Shown here in pieces: positions 10,091 through 20,562 of a stretch of 64,000 nucleotides of DNA. Under the pieces are notes generated by a model that had not been told where the DNA came from, did no database searches, and was given only the letters and a program-made list of their open reading frames with translations. Each line of letters starts with the position of its first letter. Within the stretch, counting starts at the first letter, position 1. The stretch is from positions 64,001-128,000 of the forward strand of contig OZ219918.1 in assembly GCA_964291415.2 (NCBI GenBank), written 5' to 3'. Origin of the DNA: Alphaproteobacteria bacterium. Lineage in GTDB: Bacteria; Pseudomonadota; Alphaproteobacteria; SP197. Made by a program: the position numbers and the translations under genes.

Positions 10091-10320
10091 GGGCCTACCA
10101 CGAGACTATGCCGGTGCGTTTCGAAGAGAATCCGGCAAGAGTGAACGAGCGCTGACAGTCCGAGAAGCGCCCTGTCGTGGCGGCGCTGAACGGCTTCGAC
10201 GAGGGAGTTCAGGCTGGCGTGGCAGGGCCTCCAACGGTACCCCAGGCGTCCGGCGGTTTACCTCGAGGTCAAGCGGTACCCCGTCGAAGCCAGCACGAGA
10301 GCGGCATAACTCGTGGTCCC
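10091..10320. ncRNA. Candidate structured non-coding RNA or MITE-like element (nested inverted repeats), family unknown
   Basis: Outer stem 10097-10113/10302-10317; perfect inner stem GGCTTCGACG 10192-10201 / CGTCGAAGCC 10282-10291; further stem 10148-10187. Confidence 0.45.
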
Positions 10321-10615
10321 TTCCGGATGGAAAGGCAGACCGTCGGGATGGCGTGACCAGGTTGCGCGGGTGTCGCTTGCGCCAGATGCTGCGAGTCGAT
10401 CGAAGTTCCGGTCGGTATCGGGAATCATGCGGCCCGCGGCATTCGCTGGTTGGTCGAGTTCCGCCGGTATCCCCAATCCCCCTGCGGCATGCCGGCGACA
10501 AGTGGGCCCTTGCCTTCGACGAGACGGAAGGTGACAGCGACGTTGATGCGCTTCCCCCGGGCGAACGCCCTTGATCTTCGCCGCCGAAGTTGCACATCCT
10601 GCGCCAGCGGAATGA

Positions 10616-12289
10616 ATGAGAGATCACGTCATGCGACACGCGCCCAATGCGCCTGTTCTGGCTCCGCGAGGGCTGGAACTCAACACCAAGGGCTGGCCCC
10701 AGGAGACCGCTTACCGGTTGCTGATGAACAACCTGGAAGTGGCCGAGGACTGGAAGCGGCTCATCGTCTACGGCGGTCGTGGCAAGGCGGCGCGCGACTG
10801 GGACTCCTATTTCCGCATCGTCGAGATGCTCGAGACCCTCGAAGGCGACGAAACCCTTGTCGTGCAGTCGGGCAAACCGGTCGCCATCTGGCCGACCCAC
10901 GAGTGGGCGCCTCGTGTGCTGATCTCGAATTCCATGCTGGTGCCTCACTGGAGCACGCTCGAGCACTTCAACGAACTCGAGGCCAAGGGCCTCATGATGT
11001 ACGGGCAGATGACGGCGGGCTCATGGTGCAACATCGGGTCCCAGGGCATCGTCCAGGGGACCTACGAGACCTTCGCCACGCTTGCCAAGATGAAGTTCGG
11101 CGGCACGCTGAAAGGGCGCGTCACGATCACCGGCGGTCTCGGCATGTTCAGTGGCATCATGCCGCACTGCATCACGCTCAACGGCGGTGTGAGTATCGGT
11201 GTCGAGATTGATCCGGAAAGAATAGCCCGCCGCCTCGAACTGGGCTTCGTCCACGAGGTCCTGGATGATCCGGCCATTGCGTTGCAGAGGGCGAGGGACT
11301 GTGCCGAGCGGGGTGAGGCACGCGCCTTCGCCCTTCACGGCAACATGTCCGATGTCCTGAACGGGTACCTTGAACAGAATGTTCCCTTCGACATCGTGAC
11401 GGACCAGACGTCGGCCCACGACATGCTGGAAGGTTATGTTCCCGGCGGCATGGCGCTCGCCGAGGCGCTGGAGCTGCGCCAGAAGGATCCCGCCACCTAC
11501 ATCGAACGGGCCCGCTCGACGGCGGTCCGCCAGGTCCGCGCCATGGTCGAATACCAGAGACGCGGCGCCATGGTGTTCGACTACGGCAACAACATCCGCC
11601 AGGAAGCCTACAACCACGGCTACAAGGACGCCTTCGCCTTCCCGGGGTTCGTGGAAGCGTTCATCCGCCCGCTGTTTTGCGTCGGGCGGGGACCGTTCCG
11701 CTGGATCTGCCTGTCGGGAGAGGAAAGCGACCTGCGCAAGACCGAAGAGGTCGCCCTTGACGAGTTTGGCGATGACGAGGTGTTCGCCAACTGGGTGCGC
11801 CTTGCGTCCGAACACCAGCCCATCGAAGGCCTGCCGGCGCGCCTCGGATACCTGGGATTCGGCCAGCGTGCCCGCTTCGGAAAGCTGCTCAACGACATGG
11901 TGCGCTCGGGCGAGCTTGCCGGGCCTGTGGCGATGAGCCGCGACCATCTTGACACCGGCTCCGTCGCGTCACCGAACAGGGAAACGGAAGGCATGATGGA
12001 CGGCAGCGATGCGGTGGCCGACTGGCCCATCCTCAACGCCCTCCTCAACACCGCCTGCGGCGCAACCTACGTGGCGGTCCACAACGGCGGCGGCGTGGGC
12101 ATCGGCTATGCGACCCATGCCGGACTGGTGGTTCTGGCCGACGGCACAGACCTCGCCGAACGCAAGATCGAGCGCTGCCTCGCCGTGGATCCGGGCATGG
12201 GGATTGTCCGCCACGCCGATGCCGGCTACGAGCTGGCGAAAGATGCCGCGCGCAGACATGGCATTCGCATGCCCATGCTCGATGCCTGA
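10616..12289 (+). CDS. hutU: Urocanate hydratase family protein (paralogue 1; start may be ATG 10631)
   Basis: VYGG.GKAAR.W, QSGKPV, GQMTAGSW, TDQTSAHD, GRGPFRW, RDHLD.GSVASPNRETE, RHADAGY. Confidence 0.9.
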   Translation: MRDHVMRHAPNAPVLAPRGLELNTKGWPQETAYRLLMNNLEVAEDWKRLIVYGGRGKAARDWDSYFRIVEMLETLEGDETLVVQSGKPVAIWPTHEWAPRVLISNSMLVPHWSTLEHFNELEAKGLMMYGQMTAGSWCNIGSQGIVQGTYETFATLAKMKFGGTLKGRVTITGGLGMFSGIMPHCITLNGGVSIGVEIDPERIARRLELGFVHEVLDDPAIALQRARDCAERGEARAFALHGNMSDVLNGYLEQNVPFDIVTDQTSAHDMLEGYVPGGMALAEALELRQKDPATYIERARSTAVRQVRAMVEYQRRGAMVFDYGNNIRQEAYNHGYKDAFAFPGFVEAFIRPLFCVGRGPFRWICLSGEESDLRKTEEVALDEFGDDEVFANWVRLASEHQPIEGLPARLGYLGFGQRARFGKLLNDMVRSGELAGPVAMSRDHLDTGSVASPNRETEGMMDGSDAVADWPILNALLNTACGATYVAVHNGGGVGIGYATHAGLVVLADGTDLAERKIERCLAVDPGMGIVRHADAGYELAKDAARRHGIRMPMLDA

Positions 12290-12345
12290 AACCCTTTGGC
12301 AGGCGGGTCGTCGGGAGCGATGGTCCTCTGTTGCTTGGCGCCGGA

Positions 12346-13578
12346 CTACAGCAACGCTGTCTCGAAGGGCATGTCGGAGAGGAGCTCGACGCCATCGTCG
12401 GTCACGAGAACCTGCTGTTCGAGCTTGACTCCCTCCTTCCCGCCGGGCTTGCCGGCGTAGCTTTCGATGCAGAAGACCATGCCGGCCTCGACCATGCCGT
12501 TGTGACCGGCCTCCCTGTGGCGGGAGGCGTGGAGGACGATCGGGTACTCGTTGACGAGACCGACGCCGTGGGCGACGGCCGGAATCTGGTACTCCGAGAA
12601 GCTCCCCGGCAGGGCGTAGGCCCTTTCGGCGATCTCGTCGAATGTCGCTCCGGGGCGGAAGAGCTCCTGGTTTCGCATCACCTGTTCGAAGGCAAGGCCG
12701 TAGAGCGTCTTTTGCTCCCCGGTCGGCGGCTTGCCGTCGACGATCCAGCTGCGCGAGATGTCTGCCGAATATCCCATCGGACCGATGAGATCGGAATCCA
12801 GGCTCACCATGTCGCCTGCCTCGACACGGCGATTCGATGCCTCCTGATACCAGGGGTTGGTGCGCGGGCCGGAACTGAAGAGCCTTGTCTCGATCCACTC
12901 CCCGCCCAATCGGATGTTCGTCTCGTGCAGGACCGACCAGATCGCGTTCTCGGTCATGCCGGGCTCGGTCGCCTCCATCATGCCCGCGATGCCTCTCTGG
13001 CAGACGACAACCGCGTCGCGCAGGGCATCGACTTCTTCAGGCGTCTTGATGCGGCGCGCGCGCTCCGCCACCTCCCGCCCGTCGACGATCGTGCATCCGG
13101 CCTCCCGCAGGAGGTCCAGTCCTTGAGGATCGGCACGGTCAATGGCAATGCGCCGGTTGCCGGCGCCATGCGCCGCCACCAGGTCGAGGATCTGCGCTGC
13201 CCAGACTCCGGCATTCTCTCCGGTTCTGGGACCTGAGACACTGAAGTACCACGGGACGGCGTTGCGGACCTCGTTCACGGCAACGCAGTTCCCGGAGAGA
13301 TGCCCGCAGCCCTTGAACTCGAAGAGCGTGACGGGCCCCTCCACCGGCACGAGGACATACCGGCAGGGATTGTGAAGGGCGTAGACCTGCATGTTCGAGG
13401 TGCCGGTGGCGTAGCGGATGTTGACCGGGTCATAGAAAAGACCGGCTCCGCAGTCGGCCCGCGCGATTTCGCTTCTCAGGCGGGCGAGCCTGCCGAGATC
13501 CAGACGCTCGCGCCATTCCTGTCCGCGCTCCGGCAGCAGGTGGGCATCCGTTGTCCGGGTGTCGTGCATGGCGACCAT
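12346..13578 (-). CDS. M24 (Xaa-Pro peptidase fold) protein, DddP-like
   Basis: DPVNIRYATGTSNMQ, WIETRLFSSGPRTNPWYQE, DSD..G..GY.ADISR, HGVG..EYP, GVKLEQQVLVT. Confidence 0.8.
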   Translation of the reverse strand: MVAMHDTRTTDAHLLPERGQEWRERLDLGRLARLRSEIARADCGAGLFYDPVNIRYATGTSNMQVYALHNPCRYVLVPVEGPVTLFEFKGCGHLSGNCVAVNEVRNAVPWYFSVSGPRTGENAGVWAAQILDLVAAHGAGNRRIAIDRADPQGLDLLREAGCTIVDGREVAERARRIKTPEEVDALRDAVVVCQRGIAGMMEATEPGMTENAIWSVLHETNIRLGGEWIETRLFSSGPRTNPWYQEASNRRVEAGDMVSLDSDLIGPMGYSADISRSWIVDGKPPTGEQKTLYGLAFEQVMRNQELFRPGATFDEIAERAYALPGSFSEYQIPAVAHGVGLVNEYPIVLHASRHREAGHNGMVEAGMVFCIESYAGKPGGKEGVKLEQQVLVTDDGVELLSDMPFETALL

Positions 13579-13733
13579 CAAGCATGCTCCGTGACGTTGC
13601 GCAACCCTCCCTTGCGTCGGGCTGCGCCGACGCCAGGTCCGGGGTGGCGGGAGACCGTCAAGCGGTGGTATGGAGACCCATGCCTCCGGTGGTTCCCGGA
13701 GGGTGATCGCAAGAACAAGGGAGACCTGAAGCC

Positions 13734-15038
13734 ATGGCCGACACACGGGACGCCATCGTGATCGGAGCGGGAATCATCGGTGCCAGCGTGGCGCGTGAAC
13801 TGGCCGCCAGGGGCATGAATGTTCTGGCCATCGACCGTCTGCCGGCGGCGAGCTACGGCTCGACCGCCAATTCCTGCGCGATCGTCCGCCCCTACTACTC
13901 CACGGTGCACGGATCGGCCGTTGCCTACGAGAGCCACTTCTACTGGTCCGACTGGGAGAACTACTGCGGGGTCGTCGATGAACGCGGCATGGCGCGATAC
14001 CACGACGTCGGCTGCATGATCATGAAGACGCGGCAGAACAACTTCCTCGAGAACATCCTCAAGGTCATGGACGAGATCGGCTGCCCTTACCAGGAACTCA
14101 CGCCCGAGGAGGTCCGCCAGCGCATGCCGTCCGTCTCGACGGCGTGCTTCGGGGAACCGCGCCGCACGGATGACCCGGATTTCGGCGAGTCCCTTGGCCG
14201 CGAGGTCGCCGGCGCTGTCCATTTCCCGTGCGGCGGGTACATCTCGGATCCGCAGCTTGCCGGTCACAACGTCCAGAGGGCCGCGGAAAAACGCGGCGCG
14301 ACGTTCCGATTCAACACCACCGTGACCGCCATCCGCCGCGACAACGGCCGTGTGACGGGTGTCACCCTCGACGGTGGCGAGGAGATCGATGCGCCCGTGG
14401 TGGTCAACGTCGCCGGCCCTCACTCGTCGAAGGTCAACGAGATGGCGGGCCTTGCCGGCACCATGCGCATCACGACCCGCGCCCTGCGCCACGAGGTCGC
14501 CCATGTCCCGGCGCCGGACAACTACGATTCCAGCGTCAGCCACGTCTTTTCGGACAGCGAGATCGGCACCTATTGCCGCCCCGAGACGGGCAATCACATT
14601 CTCATCGGCAGCGAGGATCCGTCCTGCGACGACAAGGAATGGGTTGACCCGGATGACTATCTCCAGGAGTTCACGGGCATGTGGACGACCCTCGTCATGC
14701 GCCAGGCGCAGCGTTTCCCGGAACTGAAGATTCCGGGTTCCGCGGCAAGGGGCGCGGTCGATCTCTACGATGTCACCGAGGACTGGGGACCCATCTACGA
14801 CAAGTCGGACCTCGGCGGCTTCTACCTGGCGATCGGCACCAGCGGCAACCAGTTCAAGAACGCGCCCATCGCCGGCGAGATGATGGCGACCCTGATCGCG
14901 GCCTGCGAGGACGGCCAGGACCATGACGTCGATCCGGTGAGCTTCCATCTCCCGCACATCGATCGCGATGTCGACATCTCCTTCTTCTCGCGCAACCGGG
15001 AGATCAACCGGAACAGTTCCTTCACCGTTCTGGGATAG
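13734..15038 (+). CDS. FAD-dependent oxidoreductase (DAO / sarcosine oxidase beta-like)
   Basis: GAGIIG Rossmann motif, YDVTEDW.PI, GTSGNQFKNAP. Confidence 0.85.
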   Translation: MADTRDAIVIGAGIIGASVARELAARGMNVLAIDRLPAASYGSTANSCAIVRPYYSTVHGSAVAYESHFYWSDWENYCGVVDERGMARYHDVGCMIMKTRQNNFLENILKVMDEIGCPYQELTPEEVRQRMPSVSTACFGEPRRTDDPDFGESLGREVAGAVHFPCGGYISDPQLAGHNVQRAAEKRGATFRFNTTVTAIRRDNGRVTGVTLDGGEEIDAPVVVNVAGPHSSKVNEMAGLAGTMRITTRALRHEVAHVPAPDNYDSSVSHVFSDSEIGTYCRPETGNHILIGSEDPSCDDKEWVDPDDYLQEFTGMWTTLVMRQAQRFPELKIPGSAARGAVDLYDVTEDWGPIYDKSDLGGFYLAIGTSGNQFKNAPIAGEMMATLIAACEDGQDHDVDPVSFHLPHIDRDVDISFFSRNREINRNSSFTVLG

Positions 15039-15044
15039 CAGCCG

Positions 15045-17459
15045 ATGCAGTCCCATGCGCGCGTAGCCGTCATCGGCGGCGGCGTTGTCGGGTGCAGTGT
15101 CCTCTATCACCTGACGAAGTTCGGCTGGACCGATGTCATGCTCATCGAGCGCTCGGATCTGACATCGGGCTCGACGTGGCATGCGGCGGGTGGGTTCCAC
15201 ACGCTGAACGCGGACCCCAACATGGCGGCCCTGCAGGGCTACACCATCCGCCTCTATCGCGAACTCGAGGAGATCACCGGCCTGTCCTGCGGCCTCCACC
15301 ATGTCGGTGGCCTGACCATCGCCGAATCACCCGACAGGATGGATTTCCTCAAGGCCGAACGGGCCAAGCACCGTCACATGGGGCTCGAAACCGAAATCGT
15401 CGGCCCCGGCGAGATCGCCGACTACACCCCCATCATCAATACCGACGGACTTCTCGGGGCGCTCTGGGATCCCCTCGACGGACACCTCGACCCTTCAGGC
15501 ACGACTCATGCCTATGCCCGTGCGGCGAGGATGGCCGGGGCCGACATCTCGCTCCACAACCGCGTGCTCGAACTGAACCAGAGAAACGACGGCCACTGGG
15601 ATGTCGTCACCGAGAAGGGATCCGTCGTTGCCGAACATGTCGTCAACGCTGCCGGACTGTGGGCCCGCGAAGTGGGCATGATGGCGGGTGTCCGCCTGCC
15701 TCTCCACCCGCTCGAGCACCAGTACCTCGTCACCGGCGACATCGAGGAGGTCTACGGGCACGGCAAGGAACTTCCCCATGTCATGGATCCGGCAGGAGAA
15801 AGCTACCTCCGGCAGGAAGGCCGGGGTCTCGTCATCGGCATCTACGAGCAGGCCTGCCGGCACTGGGCCGTCGACGGCACGTCCTGGGATTTCGGACACG
15901 AGCTTCTCGCCGATGACGTCGACCGCATCGCCGGGCCCCTGGAAACCGCCTACCAGCGGTATCCCGTGCTTCAGTCCGCCGGAATCAAGCGCATCATCAA
16001 CGGTCCCTTCACCTTCGCTCCCGATGGCAATCCCCTTCTCGGGAGGGTTCCGGGCGTTCCCGGATACTGGGCCTGCTGCGCCGTCATGGCCGGGTTCAGC
16101 CAGGCCGGAGGCGTCGGGCTGGCCCTGGCGGAGTGGATGATCGAAGGCGAGCCGTCGCGGGACATCTTCGCCATGGATGTGGCGCGTTTCGGAGACTGGA
16201 CGACGTCCGCCTGGACCCGCGCGAAGACCCGCGAGAACTATCAGCGGCGCTTTGCCATCGCCTATCCCAACGAGGAACTTCCCGCCGGCCGGCCCTTCCA
16301 TACGACGCCGGCCCACGGCATCTGGAAGGAGCGGCGGGCCGTCTTCGGCAGCGCCTTCGGCATGGAACATGTCAACTACTTCGCACCGCCAGGCGAGGCG
16401 CTCTACGAGACGCCGAGTTTCCGCCGCTCCAACGCCTTCGCCGCGACGGCCCGCGAATGCCGCGGCGTTCGCGAGGGCGTGGGCATCAACGAGATCCACA
16501 ACTTTTCGAAGTTCCGCGTCGAGGGAGAGGGTGCCGCAGCCTGGCTCGACCGCATCATGGCCGGGCGCGTTCCGAAGGAAGGACGGCTCACGCTGTCGCC
16601 GCTGCTCAACCACCGTGGCCGTCTGGCGGGAGACTTCACCATCGCCAGGGACGGGCCGGAGAGCTTCAGGGTGCAGGCGAGCTATGCCGCGCAGGATGCC
16701 CACATGCGCCTCTTTCTCGACCTCCTGCCCGAGCACGGGGTGACGGTCACCAACATCTCGCGCGATCTCGTCGGCTTCCAGATCGCCGGGCCGCGGGCAC
16801 GGGAACTGCTGCAGCGCACCACCGATGCCGATGTCTCAGGCAACGCCATGCCGTTCCGTTCCGTCCGCAGCATCGCCATCGGCATGGTCGAGGCCACCGT
16901 GCAGCGGGTGACCTACACCGGGGATCTCGGCTACGAGATCTACGTGCCGCCCGTCCTCCAGCGCGCCCTCTTCGAGACTCTCGAGGGCGAGAGCACCGGT
17001 CTCGGCCTCGTGCCCTTCGGCATGCGCGCCATGATGAGTCTCCGCCTGGAGAAGTCCTTCGGTTCGTGGCTGCGCGAGTACCGGCCCGACTACACCGCCG
17101 CCGAGACCGGTCTCGATCGCTTCATCGCCTTCGACAAGGAGGACTTCCCCGGCCGCGATGCGGCCTTGAGGGAAGCCGCGGAAGGACCCGGCCGACGGCT
17201 GGTGACGTTCGTTGTCGATGCCGCCGATGCCGACTGCGTCGCCGATGAGCCGGTGTGGAAGGACGGCAACGTCGTCGGTTTCGTCACGTCGGGGGGATAC
17301 GCCCACCACGTGGAGAAGTCCGTGGCGCTGGGTTTTGTGCCGGTCGACATGACCGAGACCGGGACCGAGTTCCAGATCGAGATCCTGGGCGACATGCGCC
17401 GCGCCACCATTGTCGACGCACCGCTCTTCGATCCATCCGGTTCGCGCATGCGCATGTAG
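15045..17459 (+). CDS. Dimethylglycine dehydrogenase-like FAD oxidoreductase with GcvT (folate-binding) C-terminus
   Basis: GGGVVG, GSTWHAAG, GPFTFAPDG, YTGDLGYEI, SLRLEK, GFVTSGGY. Confidence 0.9.
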   Translation: MQSHARVAVIGGGVVGCSVLYHLTKFGWTDVMLIERSDLTSGSTWHAAGGFHTLNADPNMAALQGYTIRLYRELEEITGLSCGLHHVGGLTIAESPDRMDFLKAERAKHRHMGLETEIVGPGEIADYTPIINTDGLLGALWDPLDGHLDPSGTTHAYARAARMAGADISLHNRVLELNQRNDGHWDVVTEKGSVVAEHVVNAAGLWAREVGMMAGVRLPLHPLEHQYLVTGDIEEVYGHGKELPHVMDPAGESYLRQEGRGLVIGIYEQACRHWAVDGTSWDFGHELLADDVDRIAGPLETAYQRYPVLQSAGIKRIINGPFTFAPDGNPLLGRVPGVPGYWACCAVMAGFSQAGGVGLALAEWMIEGEPSRDIFAMDVARFGDWTTSAWTRAKTRENYQRRFAIAYPNEELPAGRPFHTTPAHGIWKERRAVFGSAFGMEHVNYFAPPGEALYETPSFRRSNAFAATARECRGVREGVGINEIHNFSKFRVEGEGAAAWLDRIMAGRVPKEGRLTLSPLLNHRGRLAGDFTIARDGPESFRVQASYAAQDAHMRLFLDLLPEHGVTVTNISRDLVGFQIAGPRARELLQRTTDADVSGNAMPFRSVRSIAIGMVEATVQRVTYTGDLGYEIYVPPVLQRALFETLEGESTGLGLVPFGMRAMMSLRLEKSFGSWLREYRPDYTAAETGLDRFIAFDKEDFPGRDAALREAAEGPGRRLVTFVVDAADADCVADEPVWKDGNVVGFVTSGGYAHHVEKSVALGFVPVDMTETGTEFQIEILGDMRRATIVDAPLFDPSGSRMRM

Positions 17460-17553
17460 GTCCCGGTCCGGCAACACAACTTTACACGCGCGCAACATTC
17501 GGGACATCGGCGGCGCCCATGATGTGTTTCATCACTGAAAGAAGGCCCGACCC

Positions 17554-18006
17554 ATGACCGACATGACTGGGAAACCCCGCCGCCGCCGCTGGTGGATCGC
17601 CGGAGCCATCGCCCTGGCCGTTATCGTGGCCGCAGGTGCCGTCGCGTTCTCGTTCCACGGCCACGGGATTGAACGATTTGCGGAAAAACGCATCGATCGC
17701 ATGCTGGACAAGGTCGATGCCAGCGACGACCAGCGTGCCGAGGTGAAAGGCATTGTCGGCGAGGCGGTTGCCGACATGAAGGAACTGCGCGGCCTCTTCC
17801 GGGAGAGCCGGCAGACCCTGCTCGCCACCCTCGGGGCGGAGACCGTTGACCGCCAGGCCCTGGAGGAGCTGCGCCTGGCGAAGCTGGAGACCCTGGATCA
17901 GGCCAGCAGGCGTCTCGTCACCGCCCTTGCCGATATGGCGGATGTCCTCACACCCGAACAGCGCCGCGAACTCGTCCAGTACATGCAACGCCACGAGCGT
18001 CCATGA
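17554..18006 (+). CDS. Spy/CpxP family periplasmic protein
   Basis: N-terminal TM/signal segment, helical body, VLTPEQR (LTXXQ) motif. Confidence 0.8.
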   Translation: MTDMTGKPRRRRWWIAGAIALAVIVAAGAVAFSFHGHGIERFAEKRIDRMLDKVDASDDQRAEVKGIVGEAVADMKELRGLFRESRQTLLATLGAETVDRQALEELRLAKLETLDQASRRLVTALADMADVLTPEQRRELVQYMQRHERP

Positions 18007-18689
18007 CACACCTGCTGATGATCGAGGACGACCGTGATCTTGCCTCGATGGTGACGGTCTATCTTGCCCGGGCGGGCATGACCCTGGAACATCACGCCAG
18101 CGCTGCCAGGGGCCTTGCCGCCGCCGCAAGGGGCGGATTCGATGCGGTCATCCTCGATCTCATGCTACCCGATGCCGACGGACTCGATGTGTGCCGGGCC
18201 ATCCGGGCGCGCTCGGACGTTCCCGTCCTGATGCTGACAGCCCGCGGCGCGGAGGAGGATCGTATCGTCGGCCTCGAGATCGGTGCCGACGACTATCTCG
18301 CCAAGCCCTTCAATCCGCGCGAGCTTCTGGCACGCCTGCGCGCCATCCTGCGCCGGCGCACGTCGACTCCCGACATCATGCGGTTCGGCCGCCTGGTGAT
18401 CGACCGGTCGACACGAACCGTGACCCTCGGCGGCGAGGAACGGGCGCTGACGGGTCATCAGTTCGACCTCCTCGTCGCCCTGGCAGGGAATGCGGGACGC
18501 GTGCTGAGCCGTGATCAGCTCATGGAAAGGGTGAGGGGCACGTCTCTCGAGGCCTTCGACCGGAGCATCGATGTGCATGTCTCGAGAATCAGGGCGGCGA
18601 TCGAGGATGACCCGGGCAATCCGCGACGGATCGTCACGTTGCGCGGCGCCGGGTATCTGTTCACCGACCACCGGGACGCAGAAGGGTGA
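18003..18689 (+). CDS. OmpR/CpxR family response regulator
   Basis: IEDD, LDLMLP, LEIGADDY..KPF, DRSIDVHVSRIR. Confidence 0.93.
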   Translation: MTHLLMIEDDRDLASMVTVYLARAGMTLEHHASAARGLAAAARGGFDAVILDLMLPDADGLDVCRAIRARSDVPVLMLTARGAEEDRIVGLEIGADDYLAKPFNPRELLARLRAILRRRTSTPDIMRFGRLVIDRSTRTVTLGGEERALTGHQFDLLVALAGNAGRVLSRDQLMERVRGTSLEAFDRSIDVHVSRIRAAIEDDPGNPRRIVTLRGAGYLFTDHRDAEG

Positions 18690-19906
18690 GGCGGCGCCTC
18701 TTCTTCCAGGTCTATCTCACGTTTCTTTCGATCATCGTCCTCTTTGGCGTGCTGACCGCGCTGGCATGGTGGTTCATCCCCGATGAACACCGGGCGGGCG
18801 ATTTCACCCGGGGCATGGGGTCCTATCTCCAGGAGACGCTGCCGCCTGTCGGAGCGCCACGCCACCAAATCGACGCCCATCTCGCCCGCCTGGCGGAGCA
18901 CTTCGACGTCAACCTCGTCCTGCTGGCTCCCGACGGTGCCATCCTGGGGCGTTCCGGCTCCGGGGAGGAGAGGCGGCACCGCCGGCACGCCATCATGCTT
19001 TCCGACGGACGGACCATGGAGGTCGTCTGGTCGAAGGATGGTGTCTCCGGAGCCGGATTCATCGTCGTTCCCGGGCTTCTCGCGCTGGCTGCCGCCATCG
19101 GCGCCTGGCCCCTGTCGCGCCGCCTCGCCGGCCGTCTCGAGCGGCTGAAGTCCAGGGTCGAGGCCCTGGGTTCAGGGGACCTACAGGCGCGTGTCAAGGT
19201 CGAGGGCAGGGACGAGATCGCCGCCCTCGCGACGAGCTTCAACCACGCCGCCGGGCGTATCGAGGACCTTGTGGAGGCCCAGCGCAACACCCTGGCGGCA
19301 GCATCCCATGAACTGCGATCTCCGCTGGCGAGGATCGCCATGGCCACAGGATTGCTCGCCGACACAGCGGATCCACAACTGGTCGCCAGGATCGAGCGCG
19401 ACATTGCGGAGCTCGATCAGCTGATTGACCAAATCCTGCTCGGCAGCCGCCTCGAGATCGAGGAGGGACCGGCCCGTCTCGACGAGATCGATCTTGGCGC
19501 ACTCGCCGCCGAGGAGGCGGCACGCTTCGAGGTCGCGTTCACTGGCGGCACGGCCGTGATCGAGGCCGAGGAACACCTGGTCCGTCACCTCGTGCGCAAC
19601 CTTCTCGGCAATGCTCGGCGTCATGCCGCGGGAAGTCCAGTGAGCGTCGAAGTCGCGGCTGACGGACCAGGGGTGCGCCTTCGTGTCGCCGACAGGGGCC
19701 CCGGGGTGAGCGAATCCATGAGGGAGAGCATCTTCGAGCCGTTCCGCTCCTTCGCCGCTGATGGCACGGGTGCCGGTCTCGGTCTCTATCTGGTGCGGCG
19801 CATCGCGAGACGCTACGGTGGCGACGCAGTCTGCCTCGAGAGGCCAGGCGGTGGCGCGCTCTTCGACGTCAGCCTGCCTGCCAAGGAAGAGGAGCAGGGC
19901 CCATGA
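18686..19906 (+). CDS. HAMP-domain sensor histidine kinase
   Basis: Two TM segments, HAMP, SHELRSPL H-box, N-box NLLGNA, DRGPG, GAGLGL. Confidence 0.93.
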   Translation: MRRRLFFQVYLTFLSIIVLFGVLTALAWWFIPDEHRAGDFTRGMGSYLQETLPPVGAPRHQIDAHLARLAEHFDVNLVLLAPDGAILGRSGSGEERRHRRHAIMLSDGRTMEVVWSKDGVSGAGFIVVPGLLALAAAIGAWPLSRRLAGRLERLKSRVEALGSGDLQARVKVEGRDEIAALATSFNHAAGRIEDLVEAQRNTLAAASHELRSPLARIAMATGLLADTADPQLVARIERDIAELDQLIDQILLGSRLEIEEGPARLDEIDLGALAAEEAARFEVAFTGGTAVIEAEEHLVRHLVRNLLGNARRHAAGSPVSVEVAADGPGVRLRVADRGPGVSESMRESIFEPFRSFAADGTGAGLGLYLVRRIARRYGGDAVCLERPGGGALFDVSLPAKEEEQGP

Positions 19907-20533
19907 CAAGCACGCTCGATGCCGGCGGCTTTGACGTCTCTGCCGAGCACTCGACCACGCTGCCCTCGAGCTGGTACCGCGATCCCGCCATCTGGCGCCT
20001 CGAGCACGAGGCGATCTTCTACCGCAGCTGGTGGTATCTTGGACATGTCAGCGATCTCCCCCGACGCGGCGACTACCTCACCGGCAGGATTGCCGATCAG
20101 AATGTTCTCGTCATCAGGGGTCACGACGGGGTGTTGCGCGCCTTTCACAACGTGTGCAGCCACCGCGCTCATCCGCTGCTCGAGGGCTGCGGCAACACGG
20201 CCTTCATCACCTGCCCCTACCACCAGTGGACCTACGACGCGAACGGCCGCTTTCGCAACGGCCGGGGATGCGAGCCCCTGAGGGAGTGGACTGACGCGAA
20301 CGCCGACCTCAAGCCTGTGCGGCTCGAGGACTATGGCGGCTTTCTCTTCGTCAACCTCGATGCCGGTGCGATCCCCCTCATCGACCAGGCGGGGCGCTTT
20401 CTCGAGAACATGCGCCGCGCCTGTCCGCGGTTGCCGGACCTGGTGCGCGCCTGTCGCTGGGAAGTCGACGTGGCGGCGAACTGGAAGACGGTGATCGACA
20501 AGGGGATTACATACGTAACTTGACAGAATCGAC

Positions 20534-20562
20534 TTGACATCCAGTGGTGTTATCGGCATGAT
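20534..20562 (+). promoter_or_regulatory. Putative sigma70 promoter for tnpB
   Basis: TTGACA-17nt-CATGAT just inside the left TIR, about 40 nt upstream of ATG 20604. Confidence 0.55.

Noticed and set aside
10270-10285. AAGCGGTACCCCG as a T-box riboswitch
   Set aside because: Lacks the UGGNACC bulge consensus, a specifier stem and an aminoacyl-tRNA-related downstream gene.
12346-13578. Naming the M24 protein dddP (DMSP lyase)
   Set aside because: Motifs resemble DddP, but many paralogues share them; activity cannot be assigned from sequence alone.
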